Part shown: one piece after another, positions 32,340 through 47,830 of the stretch | Layout: every line of letters starts with the position of its first letter | Position numbering within the stretch: position 1 is the first letter of the stretch | DNA from: Eledone cirrhosa | Lineage: Eukaryota | NCBI GenBank assembly: GCA_964016885.1 | Contig: OZ024747.1 | Location: forward strand, 79,298,001-79,362,000 | Direction of reading: 5' to 3' | Length of the DNA: 64,000 nt | Notes under the pieces: generated by a model | Database searches by the model: none | Seen by the model: the letters and a program-made list of their open reading frames with translations, nothing else | Told to the model about the DNA's origin: nothing | Program-made: the position numbers and the translations under genes

Positions 32340-32473
32340 CATACATACATATTACCCACTCTACTACCTCCAAGTATCGAGTACTCTGGTGCGTTATGGT
32401 CTACCTGCTATCTTACCGCACCCTCACTGTTGTTATATATATATATATATATGTGTATATATAAACATAGATA

Positions 32474-32560
<87 letters not shown>

Positions 32561-32570
32561 ATATATAAAC

Positions 32571-32663
<93 letters not shown>

Positions 32664-32684
32664 TATATATACACATATATATAT

Positions 32685-32731
<47 letters not shown>

Positions 32732-32986
32732 TATATATATACATATATACATATATATATATATATACACACATATATGTATATACATACACACACATAT
32801 ATATATATACATATATATACATATATATACACATATATATATATACACACATATATATATGTATATACATATATATATATATATACATATATATATACGT
32901 ATATATATACATATATATATACATATATATATATACATATATATACATATATATACATATATATACACATATATATATATATACAC

Positions 32987-33017
<31 letters not shown>

Positions 33018-33127
33018 CGTATATATATATATACATGTATATATATTTATAGACATATATTACAATAATATGCGTATATATAGGTAGGTGGAGTTTATGT
33101 ATCTGTGTATGAGTTTTGTGTATGTGT

Positions 33128-33192
<65 letters not shown>

Positions 33193-33255
33193 CACATATA
33201 TATATATATACATATATATACATATATATACACATATATATATATATATACACAC

Positions 33256-33330
<75 letters not shown>

Positions 33331-33669
33331 CATATATATATATTTAAAGACATATATTACAATAATATGCGTATATATAGGTAGGTGGAGTTTATGTATC
33401 TGTGTATGAGTTTTGTGTATGTGTACGTGTGATATGGTGTGTGCACAAAAGCAGTTGTGTTCCGTGATAGTCAGATGTAGCGCAAGCTTATGTTTCAAAA
33501 AGTTAAACACTATTTAATCACTAGCTTTATGCATCAGGAAAAAAAATCTTCGTTGAGAAAAGTTTTGTTTATATATATCATTTACAAACATTGAAGTATA
33601 TATATATATATACATATATACTTCAATGTTTGTAAATGATATATATAAACAAAAGTTTTCTCAAAGTAG

Positions 33670-33787
<118 letters not shown>

Positions 33788-33852
33788 TATTTCGTTTCTG
33801 AATTTGTTTAGCAAGATTCTTTATCTGAAATCGTGTGTTGAAACCGATATAT

Positions 33853-33893
33853 ACACTGAAGAGGTCACAGAGTGTGTGACGAAAGGACTATGA
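33853..33893 (+). ncRNA. Hammerhead-like motif in family E element (33788-34060)
   Basis: CTGAAGA(33856-33862)-g gtcaca gagtg tgtgac-GAAA(33881-33884)-ggac-TA-tg. Stem I is only about 2 bp. Confidence 0.5.
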
Positions 33894-34053
33894 CTATATA
33901 TAAACAACTATCTGGTTGTGGAACCAATCAACCAACCAGAAATTTATAAGTTTGTAGATTTGTAAATTTATAAATTTATAAATATATAATAAATTGAAGT
34001 GAAAGCAACTGGTGCGTGTGTTTCTTATTGGCAACATGACCCTCCCAAAGTAT

Positions 34054-34128
<75 letters not shown>

Positions 34129-34827
34129 AAGGTATGTCCATAGAATCATTTGATAAGATATATATACACCATCTCCTCTCCCAATCTGCATAATCAACCA
34201 CACAAAAAAACAATTAAACCAGGCTATAAGGTTAAAAGGCACCTATGAAGAAATAATAGATAAATAAACGACAGCCATCTATTCGCGATCAACAGCTGTA
34301 GAATATTTACCCAGCATTTCAATAGCACGTGGAAATCGATTAAATATATCGTCAACCCTACACAATTAGGTATAAAATTAAAGTTAGAAGAAAAAATGTA
34401 TATAAACATACCAAGATATATATATATTTATATATATCATTTACAAACATTGAAGCATATATATATATACTTCAATGTTTGTAAATGGTATATATAAACA
34501 AAAGTTTTCTCAAACCAGATTTTTATATATTATATATATATATATATATAATATATATATCATATATATATATCATATATAAATATATAAATATATATAT
34601 ATATATGTATGTATATATATATGTATATATATATATGTGTGTGTGTATGTACATATATATATAAATATATATTATATATATATATATTTATATATATATA
34701 TAATATATATATATATAATATAATATATATATATTTATATATATATTTAACGGCGATGAATTAGTTTTGGGAGGTTTTTGATATGAAATCGTGTGTCGAA
34801 ACAAATATATATATTTATATGTATATA

Positions 34828-34860
<33 letters not shown>

Positions 34861-34883
34861 CATATATATAATATATATAAATT

Positions 34884-34925
<42 letters not shown>

Positions 34926-34977
34926 AATTTATATATATTATATATATGTATATATAAATATATATATATATATATAT

Positions 34978-35090
<113 letters not shown>

Positions 35091-36037
35091 TATTCATGCT
35101 CATACATGGAACAAGACCGGTACCTAAGGTTTCAAGGTCCAATAATGACCATATTTCCATGTTTTCGTGTATATATGTCCGTTTCTGTGTTTACGTCACG
35201 CAACTTAGCGGTTAGACGAAAAGAGATCGATAAAATAAGTAGCAGATATGAAGAGAATGGTACTGGGGTTATTATGATCGACTAAATAAAGGTGGTGCTC
35301 CAGCATGGCTGCAGTTAAATGACTGAAACCAGTAAAAAACAAAAAATAAAAAGAAAGCATATTTTATTGGATAAACGGTAAGAAATGTGTTAACTGGATG
35401 TTGTCATAGTGTAGTAACAGGCTGAAGGTTTAATAAGGTTCTTATTATTTCCTAGATCGGAGAGGTCGCTAGAGTGTCAGAAAAAATATTTTACGGCATT
35501 GAGTTTCGGCTCTTTACATCCCACTGAGAAGGTCATTTTTACATTTATTCTTCATGTGAGGATAAAATAAAGTACATCAAACAGTGGGGAAGATTTAATC
35601 GACTCCTTCCCCCCTGCACTACATACAAAAAGTTTGGTGGTTTTGTGTCGAAATTCGAAATCACCACATTTGGTCTTTAACTATTAAAATAATTAATATT
35701 TATTCCATATTTACAACTACATTAGGTTCCCATCAGTTTCATCTTTGGTTGTCATAAGATCTCTTTTGTACAGTAGTTCCAGATTAGATTTAAACTAGGA
35801 ACAGTTGTGTCTATCGGTTTAATCTTTGGTTGTCTTTTGTACAGTAGTACCAGAGTGTCTCTAGGTGTTTTATGTGCAAAACTGGATTCAAACTAAGAAT
35901 CTTCATATTAAGTGATCACGCAGTGGTCACAATTCTTTCAAATTTAGGTACAGTAGTTTTGGCCAGTACATACATGTATGTGTGATTGTGTGCGTATGTA
36001 CTGGCCAAAACCACTGTGCCTAAAATATGTATGTATG

Positions 36038-36480
<443 letters not shown>

Positions 36481-36483
36481 ATA

Positions 36484-36529
<46 letters not shown>

Positions 36530-36905
36530 CAACTAATTAACAAGGTAAACTCCATTTCACCATCATGTTTTCCTGTTTTTCTGGTCAAGTTCTAGCTGTC
36601 TGATGAGGTCATAACTATTGAATTATGTTATCAGCGAAATATAAATTGCAACGAATATGATTAAACGAAATTAATTTTAACCCATTGACTTACACTTCTT
36701 GTTATATATATAAATATATATATATCAATAATATTAATAAATGGAAACTATCTTTATAAAACCATATTTATTTATATGGTTTTATAAAGATAGTTTCCAT
36801 TTATTAATATTATTGATATTACACTCCAGAAGAATACTGCAGAGTGCTTCGAATCTGTTATAAATAAATTTCTTGAATAACCAACAAATTAAATAACTCT
36901 TTGCT

Positions 36906-37030
<125 letters not shown>

Positions 37031-39011
37031 TTAAATATGGTACTCAATACGATAGTAGAATATAAACAAACAAATGAAAGACTTCTAATCTTGTAGAAAT
37101 CATTTCTATATATAATATATATACATATATACAGACACATATTTTATGTAAGAAACTTCATCAAATTATATTTCAAATACCAACTTAAGAAGAAAGTTAG
37201 CTATATAACTAAATACTTCTAAATTCTTGATTATTTTCAAAATTATTAAAAATCACAAGAAGTCTTTTTCATTAGAAATGAGGAAAATAATGTTTATATT
37301 TATATGAAAAACATCACAATTTTATGTTAAGTTATGTTGGAAACACCAGCTTATTAATGAGAAAGTTAGATATTATATAGATATTATATATTACTAAAGC
37401 ACTCCAAATACTTGATTATTTCAAAAGTATTTGGAAATCCCGGGCAGTGCCTTTCATTAGAAAGATGGTAAGGAAAATTTTAAGGTATATATTTATCTAA
37501 AAACCTTGCCTTATGATTTTCTGTAAGAACTGGGTTTAGTTATGTCCCAAATAATAACTTAATATTGAGTAAGTTAGTCATATTAATAAATCTCCCAGAA
37601 TTTTCAATTATGTTTAAAATGATTTTAAACTCAAAGCCGAGTCTCTCGCCAGAAATATGGCAACGAAAGGGATAACCAATGATCTGTTTTACATATTTTT
37701 TGCTATATCTGTTAGTCTTTTAAAAGTTTTTATATATTTATCTCAGTCTTGTTTTTTACTCCTATTTTCATGTCATATTTTTCCTTTCTGATTTCAATGT
37801 TTTATTGTCTTTTGTTTCATTCTTCCAAGATTTTCTTTCGTTTATTCTTTGAATCTTTCTTTTTCTTTCTCTCATTCAGTACTTTCTTTTCTGTATCTAA
37901 ACATCATATTTTCCTTCATCATTTCGTTCCCTTTCTTTCCTCATATATTGAAAATCTCTTATGTGATCCTTTTTGATTGTTGGTGTTTAGATCATAATAA
38001 CCAATTGATTACATTAAACAGACAAACAATATCCGGAATATGCTAGGATTTGATAATGTTGATAAAATATCTGTTTGCTGCTCTTCTTCGTTTCAGCGGG
38101 AATCTTTAAAATTCCCTCTAACTTTTTTGTTATGTCTTTCTTTTAAAAATAAAACAGTCTTTCTAATTTTTTAAAAGTCTTTTGTTTCCGTATTTTTATT
38201 GAAATACACTGCCAATGTGTTTCAATTAATTATAAAAGTAATTAAAAATTTTATTTAGATTAATTTCTAAACCTAGATTGAGAAACTATATTTATATTTT
38301 TAACTGTTGGTCAATCAATGATAAACATTGATGGCCAGCTGAATTTATTATAGAAATATCAAAAATACACAGAAGCGAAAACCAACCCAACCTAAACAGT
38401 GAGTGTGTTTTACTATATTTTTCTGGCAATATTATACATGGCCCTCCCCAAATATAACAATAATAACTAATATTTTCATTAACTAGCAAGCAGTTTAGAA
38501 TATTACTTAAACATTTCTTGCATATAGTTATGGTAAAATGTTTTAATATAAGCATGAACATATTAAAACAAGAATCGTAGAATAAGGGTAGGTTTAATGT
38601 GGGTTTATACATCAAAGGTTTACACATCAGAGATTGAGAATCGTAAATTTCTTTTTAATTAAAAGGAAACCAAAACATTATTTATTTTAGAATAAATTAG
38701 GGGGTTTACAGCTGAAGTATTACTTAGTTTTTATATGAACATGTATTTTGTTTACATCTGATATATATATGACTGTTTTAACTTATATATATATATATAT
38801 ATAAAATATTTAAAAAATAATGAATAAAACAATGAAACAGTTCCTTATATTAAACAAAAAAAGTTCATTATTTAACGATCGTTTCTAGGACATATATGTG
38901 TTAGAATTGGCATGCATATTCAACAGATCTATGTACAAAATTATACAAAATTATACAAACTTTCAAATAGAATATACATACCAACACATGCATATGCATT
39001 ATTACATTGCA

Positions 39012-39158
39012 ATTATTTCTGAAGACGGCATATGTATGTGTTGGTATGTATATTCTATTTGATAGTTTGTATAATTTTGTATAATTTTGTACATAGATCT
39101 GTTGAATATGCATGCCAATTCTAACACATATATGTCCTAGAAACGATCGTTAAATAAT
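39012..39158 (+). ncRNA. Hammerhead ribozyme with a very long (114-nt) stem-loop II
   Basis: attattt-CTGAAGA(39019-39025)-long hairpin-GAAA(39140-39143)-cgatcg-TT-aaataat. Stem I is a perfect 7 bp and stem III is palindromic. Confidence 0.65.
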
Positions 39159-39355
39159 GAACATTTTTTGTTTAATATAAGGAACTGTTTCATTGTTTTA
39201 TTCATTATTTTTTTAATATTTTATCTTGACTCTGTATTCCGTTTATCTTTCACCGAAAGTGATTTTTGAATGCATCTCTTCTTTCCATGATATCCGGATT
39301 ACATTGAGTTCTTCATACGGATTGGACACTACCGTAAACTTTTGGTAGATTTATC

Positions 39356-39391
<36 letters not shown>

Positions 39392-39724
39392 ATGTACGTC
39401 AATACTCATCTTTTTCCATTGATCTGAGGGTTCTAAACCCCATTATCAGGCTAAAATTCCTTTAGTCAAAAATACGGTGAAAGCTTTTCTATTTTCTAAT
39501 TTCAAACCTGCTCACTGTTTCAAAACATACTTACTTGATATATATATATATATATATATATATACATTGTGATGTTTTTCAGATAAATATAAACATTTAA
39601 TCCATTCGTTTCCTCATTTCAAATGAAAAACGCTTCTTGTGATTTTTTATAATTTTGAAAATATTTAAGATTTTATAAGTATTTAGTTTATATAGCTAAC
39701 TTTCTTCTAGAGTTGGTATTTGAA

Positions 39725-39756
<32 letters not shown>

Positions 39757-40073
39757 ATATATTACAAAATAACAGGAGGCATGTTCTGGTGTAAATCCTT
39801 GAAAGTTTTTTTTTACCATGATCATTTCAATGACCGGGTTCAGTATGAATCCGGTGACTTCATCAGGTAATTCAAAATATAACGAAGGAATATATCAGGT
39901 AAAAATCTTTGGTGTTTAAATCAGAGACAAGAGGGCAGCCGGTATTTTAGCGGCTTGTGTCTACGTCGACCACCCTCGAGGGTGGTTGCATTACGTTGAG
40001 TGCTTTCCATAACATTACATCGTGGCTGACCACACAGAATGACCAGTTCTATCCAGTGGTGAACCAACAAACC

Positions 40074-40110
<37 letters not shown>

Positions 40111-40149
40111 AAAAGCGAAGTAGTTTCAGATGTTCAAAGCCTTTAATAA

Positions 40150-40331
40150 TAATTGTTTCTACTTTAGGCACAAGGCCAGCAATTACCCAGTGCATTACTG
40201 GTACTTTATTTTATCTACCCCGTAAGGATGAAAGGCAAAGTCAACCTCGGCGGGATTTGAACTCAGATCGTAAAGGGACGTAACTATGCTGGAAAGCATG
40301 GCGTCCAACCCTCTACCGATACTGCCAATCC
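40150..40331 (-). mobile_element. tRNA-derived SINE inserted between the arms of a fold-back element (40104-40505)
   Basis: Near-complete SINE. The flanking 40104-40148 and 40386-40429 are inverted repeats. Confidence 0.75.
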
Positions 40332-40502
40332 ATAATAATAATGCTGTGATATATATTTCACTGAAATATATATCACAGCATTATAATTAAAGGATTTGAA
40401 CATCTGAAACTACTTCGCTTTTCTTTATACGATATTTACTCCGTCACTCCTATGTGGAAAAAGTACGTTGAGTGCTTGAATTGAATTGCATCAATATTTA
40501 CC

Positions 40503-40553
<51 letters not shown>

Positions 40554-40556
40554 ATA

Positions 40557-40587
<31 letters not shown>

Positions 40588-40787
40588 GTGTCTGTATGTG
40601 TGTGTATATATATAGCTCAAAAGAAGAGTAAACTACATCTTTAATAAATCTATTCATTTTGTTCTATGTACCCTGATTTATTATATTTCCCTATTTCTTC
40701 AGAATGTCTGTTTTTAAATATAAGAACAGGGAGTTTTAAAATATTATTACTTAGCAGTATTAACTCGAGTTACACTACCCCAATCTC

Positions 40788-40826
<39 letters not shown>

Positions 40827-41019
40827 CTCTGAGCAAACAGCACGGACACTCTATCTCAAAATTATTTTTGAAAAGCATTTAGAAATGCGCAACCGGTAAA
40901 AACTTAAAAACTTAAAACCACAACTGAATACTAACCCATACAATCACTAATACTCTTTTATTCCTAATTAAACCATTTTTCAACTGTGAACAATTTGTCA
41001 GCATTTTCTATTCCGTTTA

Positions 41020-41072
<53 letters not shown>

Positions 41073-41403
41073 GTATATATATGTATATATATATATATGA
41101 ATATATATGAATATATAGATACAAGGGCTAACAAAATATCGTTATAGGTAATCCAGTTAGAGGTTGTGAATACTTCTTATTATGGATAGTTTTAGCGTAC
41201 AGCGTTGTTTGCCTCAACAAGAGGTTTACGTAGGTGGTGAGTTTATGATTTCACTTGTATTCCTATGTAAGTTTATCTTGGAGTAATAAAATTGAAAAAG
41301 TGGAGAAGAACATGGTCAACAGTACAAAATAAATCCCTTTATTTATTTTGTAAATAAATCCCTTTTTTTGTACTGTTGACCAGGTTATTCTTGACTTTTC
41401 AAT

Positions 41404-41514
<111 letters not shown>

Positions 41515-41550
41515 CAAATTTATACGGGAACAAAACAGAGAGGCAGACAA

Positions 41551-41587
<37 letters not shown>

Positions 41588-41589
41588 AA

Positions 41590-41670
<81 letters not shown>

Positions 41671-41676
41671 CTATAA

Positions 41677-41707
<31 letters not shown>

Positions 41708-41716
<9 letters not shown>

Positions 41717-42068
41717 AGAACAAAAGATGGTTAAAAGAGTTCCATGTATTTTATTATGCGCATTTCAAAAACAAATATCATCATGCAATAATATTTGTGT
41801 TTTCATCAGATAAAATAGGAAGAAAACTGCACTATCCACAAGTGTTTTTTAACCTTCATATCATGTCTTCCTATTTTATCTGATGAAAACACAAATATTA
41901 TTACATGATGATATTTGTTTTTGAAATGCGCATAATAAAATACGTGGAACTCTTTTAACCATCTTTTGTTCTTATATATTATGTATACTCCAGTCCTACA
42001 AACTGTAGAGTGTTTCTTATCCGATATCTGCATTGCTTTATTGTACTACAATAAAACTCACCTCCTAC
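41708..42068 (+). mobile_element. Fold-back element (family F) with two hammerheads (41747-41817 minus, 41872-41942 plus)
   Basis: tattttat-CTGATGA(41880-41886)-stem II-GAAA(41923-41926)-TGCGCA-TA-ataaaata. A second element at 42610-42928 has a hammerhead at 42821-42891. Confidence 0.8.
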
Positions 42069-42105
42069 ATATATATATATATGTATATATATATATGTAT
42101 GTATA

Positions 42106-42205
<100 letters not shown>

Positions 42206-42407
42206 GACAGCGGGGAAGAAAAAATGGCTTCACTTGTGCTTTCAACAAATTTATTTTCTTCACAAAATCCAAAAAGAATTTTTCTTAAAAAAAATTATTT
42301 TATAAATTAAGTTGTTGGTTGTTGGTTAGGTCTTAGGAGTTCTTGGTTAACGTAGGAGGTATTGTTTCGTTTTTAGAAAGACCTTTCACGCTGAGGTGCG
42401 CTTGTCA

Positions 42408-42464
<57 letters not shown>

Positions 42465-42562
42465 TTCCAAGTTTTTATAATTTCTTTCTCATTCGCCTTT
42501 TCATATCTTGAATAAATCCTGAACTTGATATGAAGCAGGTAAAATAAAATAAACAAATAGAA

Positions 42563-42610
<48 letters not shown>

Positions 42611-43143
42611 AGGAGGTGAGTTTTATTGTACAATAAAGCAATGCAAATATCGGATAAGTAGCACTCTACAGTTTGTAGGACTGGAGTATAAATAATATAA
42701 GATCAAAAGATGGTTAAAAGAGTTCCAAGTATTTTATTATGCGCATTTCAAAAACAAATATATGTTGATTTAAAACTTCACTATTCACAAGTGTTTTTTA
42801 AGCTTCATATCATGTCTCCCTATTTTATCTGATGAGAACGCAGATATCATCCCATGATGATATTTGTTTTTGAAATGCGCATAATAAAATACTTGGAACT
42901 CTTTTAACCATCTTTTGATCTTATATTATATATATATATATATATATAGGAACCAGTAAGACCCGACAGCTGAGCTCAAGCCGTTTCGACGGCTAATTCT
43001 GGACTTAGTCCAGAATTAGCCGTCGAAACGGCTTGAGCTCAGCTGTCGGGGTCTTACTGGTTCCTATTACCCACTCTACTACCTCAAGTATTGAGTACTT
43101 TGGTGCGTTATGGTCCACCTGGTTCCTTACCACATTTCTTTCG

Positions 43144-43216
<73 letters not shown>

Positions 43217-43452
43217 CAAAGATTAATATGGTTCATTGATTACTTAATGAATATAGTTTTACAATAGATTAAAAGCACTCTACAAAAAGTTTTCTGGAGT
43301 TATTAATATTATTTAAAATATTAATAAATGAAGACATTCACATAATCAAAACATATGTTTTATTATATATATTTAGGAGGTACTGTGCTGTTTTTTTCAG
43401 TACGTCCTCGTCAGATAAAATACATGAATTGATGTGTGTATCTATCTATCTA

Positions 43453-43577
<125 letters not shown>

Positions 43578-43587
43578 AGACACACAT

Positions 43588-43650
<63 letters not shown>

Positions 43651-44053
43651 GACATACATATACATATATATATATATGTAGACACACATATATATACATA
43701 TATATATATATGTAGACACACATATACATACATATATATATATATATGTAGACACACATATACATATATATATATATATAGACACACATATACATACATA
43801 TATATATTCCCTATCTTTAGTCTCTATCTTTCAAACTTCTTTCCTTTCATCTCCTCTTTCTATGATATTTATATTTCTTCATTCCTTCATTACTTTTCTA
43901 CATACTGACTCTCATTCTCTTCTTCTTCTTCTTCTTCTTCTTCTTCTTCTTCTTCTTCTTCTTCTTCTTCTTCTTCTTCTTCTTCTTCTTCTTCTTCTTC
44001 TTCTTCATCATCAGTATCACCACCACCACCATCACCACCACCATCATCACCAC

Positions 44054-44109
<56 letters not shown>

Positions 44110-45186
44110 CCATCATCATCACCACCACTACCACCACCATTATCACCACCACCACCATCACCCCACCACCACCACCATCATCATCATCACCACCATCATC
44201 ATCATCATCATCATTGTATCCGTCATTCCTCATTCATTCTTTTCTTTTCCTCAAAAACATTTTTACAATGTATTTTTGTTTGTTTGTTTTGTTTGTTTTC
44301 AACATCAAAACACTGTCGGTTCATTAATATCCTTTGAAGTCTATTTAAAACCATGTCGGTCACGGCCAGCTTGCTATAGAACTATCTGGGTGTGGTACAC
44401 TTTTCCATTTAGTTTTACTTTTAAAAAAAAAATTCATTTCCTTCATTTTTATCTTTTATTTATTGTTGTTGTTGAAAAACAAAATCATTAGTGGAATTTT
44501 TATTAACTTTCTCCTTTGATCTTAGCGCCACTCTCATATAAAATATGTACCAGTAATACTTTGGCAATTATTTTTGTCCTAAATATGACATCGTATCTAA
44601 GAAACTGCCGCTCTCATCATCAATGAACATCAAAACCATCATCATAAATACCGTTGTTGTTGATGTTGTTGTTGGTGTTGGTGTTGTTGTTGGTGTTGTT
44701 GGTGTTGTTGGTGTTGTAGCTGTTGTTGGTTGTGTTGTTGTTGTTGGTGGTGGTGGTGGTTTACGTTCTGAGTTCAAATCCCATCGTGGTTATTGAACCA
44801 AAATAAAATAAAGATAAATACCCAGTCAGGTACCGGGGAGTCAATTTAATTGATCCTATAAATATTCCCACTAAATCTGTGATCCTGCGCGCATATATAT
44901 ACATATATGTATGTATTATATATATACATATATGTAGGTATTATATATATATACATATATGTATTATATATATACATATATGTAGGTATTATATATATAC
45001 ATATATGTAGGTATTATATATATACATATATGTATGTATTATATATATATACATATATGTATGTATTATATATATTTATAAACTTATTACCTCTGCGGGA
45101 TTTGAACTCAAAACGCAGAGAACTGATTGAACACCTCAATGAATGGTCCAATTTGACGTTTCATATATATAAATTTACATGCACAC

Positions 45187-45245
<59 letters not shown>

Positions 45246-45393
45246 ATATATATATATATATATGCATGTAAATATATATATTGTATATATATAATGTATA
45301 CATGCATATATATAAGATGGTAAGTGATTACATGTTTTAAACACTCTTTGATTGTCATTTACATTATATATATATATATATATATATATATTC

Positions 45394-45519
<126 letters not shown>

Positions 45520-45770
45520 GGTATATAATGCAATTCACTTCTAGCACTCAACGTCATATTACTTCCTAAAAACAAGGATGACCGAATCACGAATCTATCG
45601 TCATTGAAATATATATAACAGCTCAATTAATAAAGGACCCTCAACTTCGCATTTTCCTCTTTATATATATATATATATATATATATACTTTATAAATAAA
45701 TATCAAAGAGTGTTTAAGAACATTTAATTACTTACGATCGTTAGTAATATTAATATTTAATATTACCCAC

Positions 45771-45812
<42 letters not shown>

Positions 45813-45914
45813 TAATACAATTATATTAATACAATTATATAAATATATATATGTAAATATTTCGCTTTTACTTATTCTATATATAAATATATATATATAT
45901 ATAAATATATATAT

Positions 45915-46033
<119 letters not shown>

Positions 46034-46330
46034 CATACATACATACATATAACCCGCGCACCCTAAAATGGCTGATTAAACACACACGTGCTTTCTCTCC
46101 AAACAGAATTGTTTTCCCGTTTCTGCCCCTTACTCTCGTCTATCTTTCTATTTTTCTTTTATATCTCATCCTCTCTTCTCATCAACATCTAACATCTCAA
46201 ACCTTAACACTCTCTCCCAACTATATCAAGTGTTAAACTAATATCTTCATTGTGCTGTATCGTTTTCCTGTGTTGTTTATTCGTTTACATTTCACACAAA
46301 CACACATATATAAATATGTGTGTGTGTGTA

Positions 46331-46386
<56 letters not shown>

Positions 46387-46408
46387 CATGTACAAACATA
46401 TATATGCG

Positions 46409-46464
<56 letters not shown>

Positions 46465-46582
46465 TATATATATATGCGTATACATATATATATGTATACG
46501 CATATATATATATGAGTTCTTCGGATTACATTGAGTTCTTCATACGGATTGGACACTACCGTAAACTCTTGGTAGATTTATC

Positions 46583-46647
<65 letters not shown>

Positions 46648-46679
46648 CACACACACACATATATATATGCATATATATA

Positions 46680-46719
<40 letters not shown>

Positions 46720-46828
46720 TATATAAATATATATAAATATATATAAATATATAAATATATATATATATATATAAATATATATAAATATATATAAATATAT
46801 ATATATATATATGTATATATATATGTAC

Positions 46829-46883
<55 letters not shown>

Positions 46884-46959
46884 CGCATATATATATATAT
46901 GTATATATCTGTGTATATCTGTATATTTATGTATATATCTGTATGTGTGTGTATAAAAT

Positions 46960-47830
46960 GTATAGGCATGCTATATTAAGTGTCGGCTGAATTCACTGTT
47001 TTATGTAAGACTTATTGTATATTTGCGATATTATGTATAAGCAAACCCTATTACATGTTGGCTGAAGTTATAGTGTATAGGCAAGACCTAATATATATTT
47101 TAAAGACAAGTATTAGGTATGCGTAAGATCTATTAAATATTGGCTCAATTTATCGTGTATAGGTAAAATCTGTTATATATTTGCAATGACTAAGAAAGCC
47201 AGGTTCCGATGGAATTTACTGTTTTGGACAATATCCATAATATACTTTGTCATTAGAAAGTTTAAGCTAAATACATTATGTATAGGCAATATCTTTTATA
47301 TATTTGCGAAAAATATTATGAATGCTTAAGAGCTACAATATTTAAGCGGAATACATCGTTTTATAGACAATATCTATCATATACCTTTGATATATATTAT
47401 GTATAGTTATGACATATATCATGTATAGTTGTGACATAATCATATATAGTTAAGACATACAATACTTAGGTAGAATACTTTTTATAGGGAAGATCCATCG
47501 TATAATTGTGATATATATTATATATAGTTATGACATGTATATTTACGACGTATATATATAGTTAAGACATACAATATTTAGGCAGAATATTCTTTATAAG
47601 GAAGATCTATCATATAATTGTGATATATATTATGTAGAGTTAAGTTACAAAATTTAAGCAGAATACATTGTGGGCAAGCAATATCTATCCAATATTTGCA
47701 ATACGTATTATTTATAGATAAGGCCTACAAATTACAAACAGAATTTATTGTATATTTATATAGGCAAACTTTATCATGTATTTGCAATATTTATTAATTG
47801 TAGAAACTTATTGTGTATAGGTAAAATGTA
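46960..47830. repeat. Old, diverged tandem repeat (unit of roughly 60 bp or a sub-multiple)
   Basis: Recurring tattatgtataggcaagatctatcatatatttgcgata-like words with many substitutions. Confidence 0.5.

Noticed and set aside
43862-44491. Poly-Leu/poly-His ORF, and similar ones at 2515-2751 and 13993-14473
   Set aside because: They are compound trinucleotide microsatellites with no domain or splice support.
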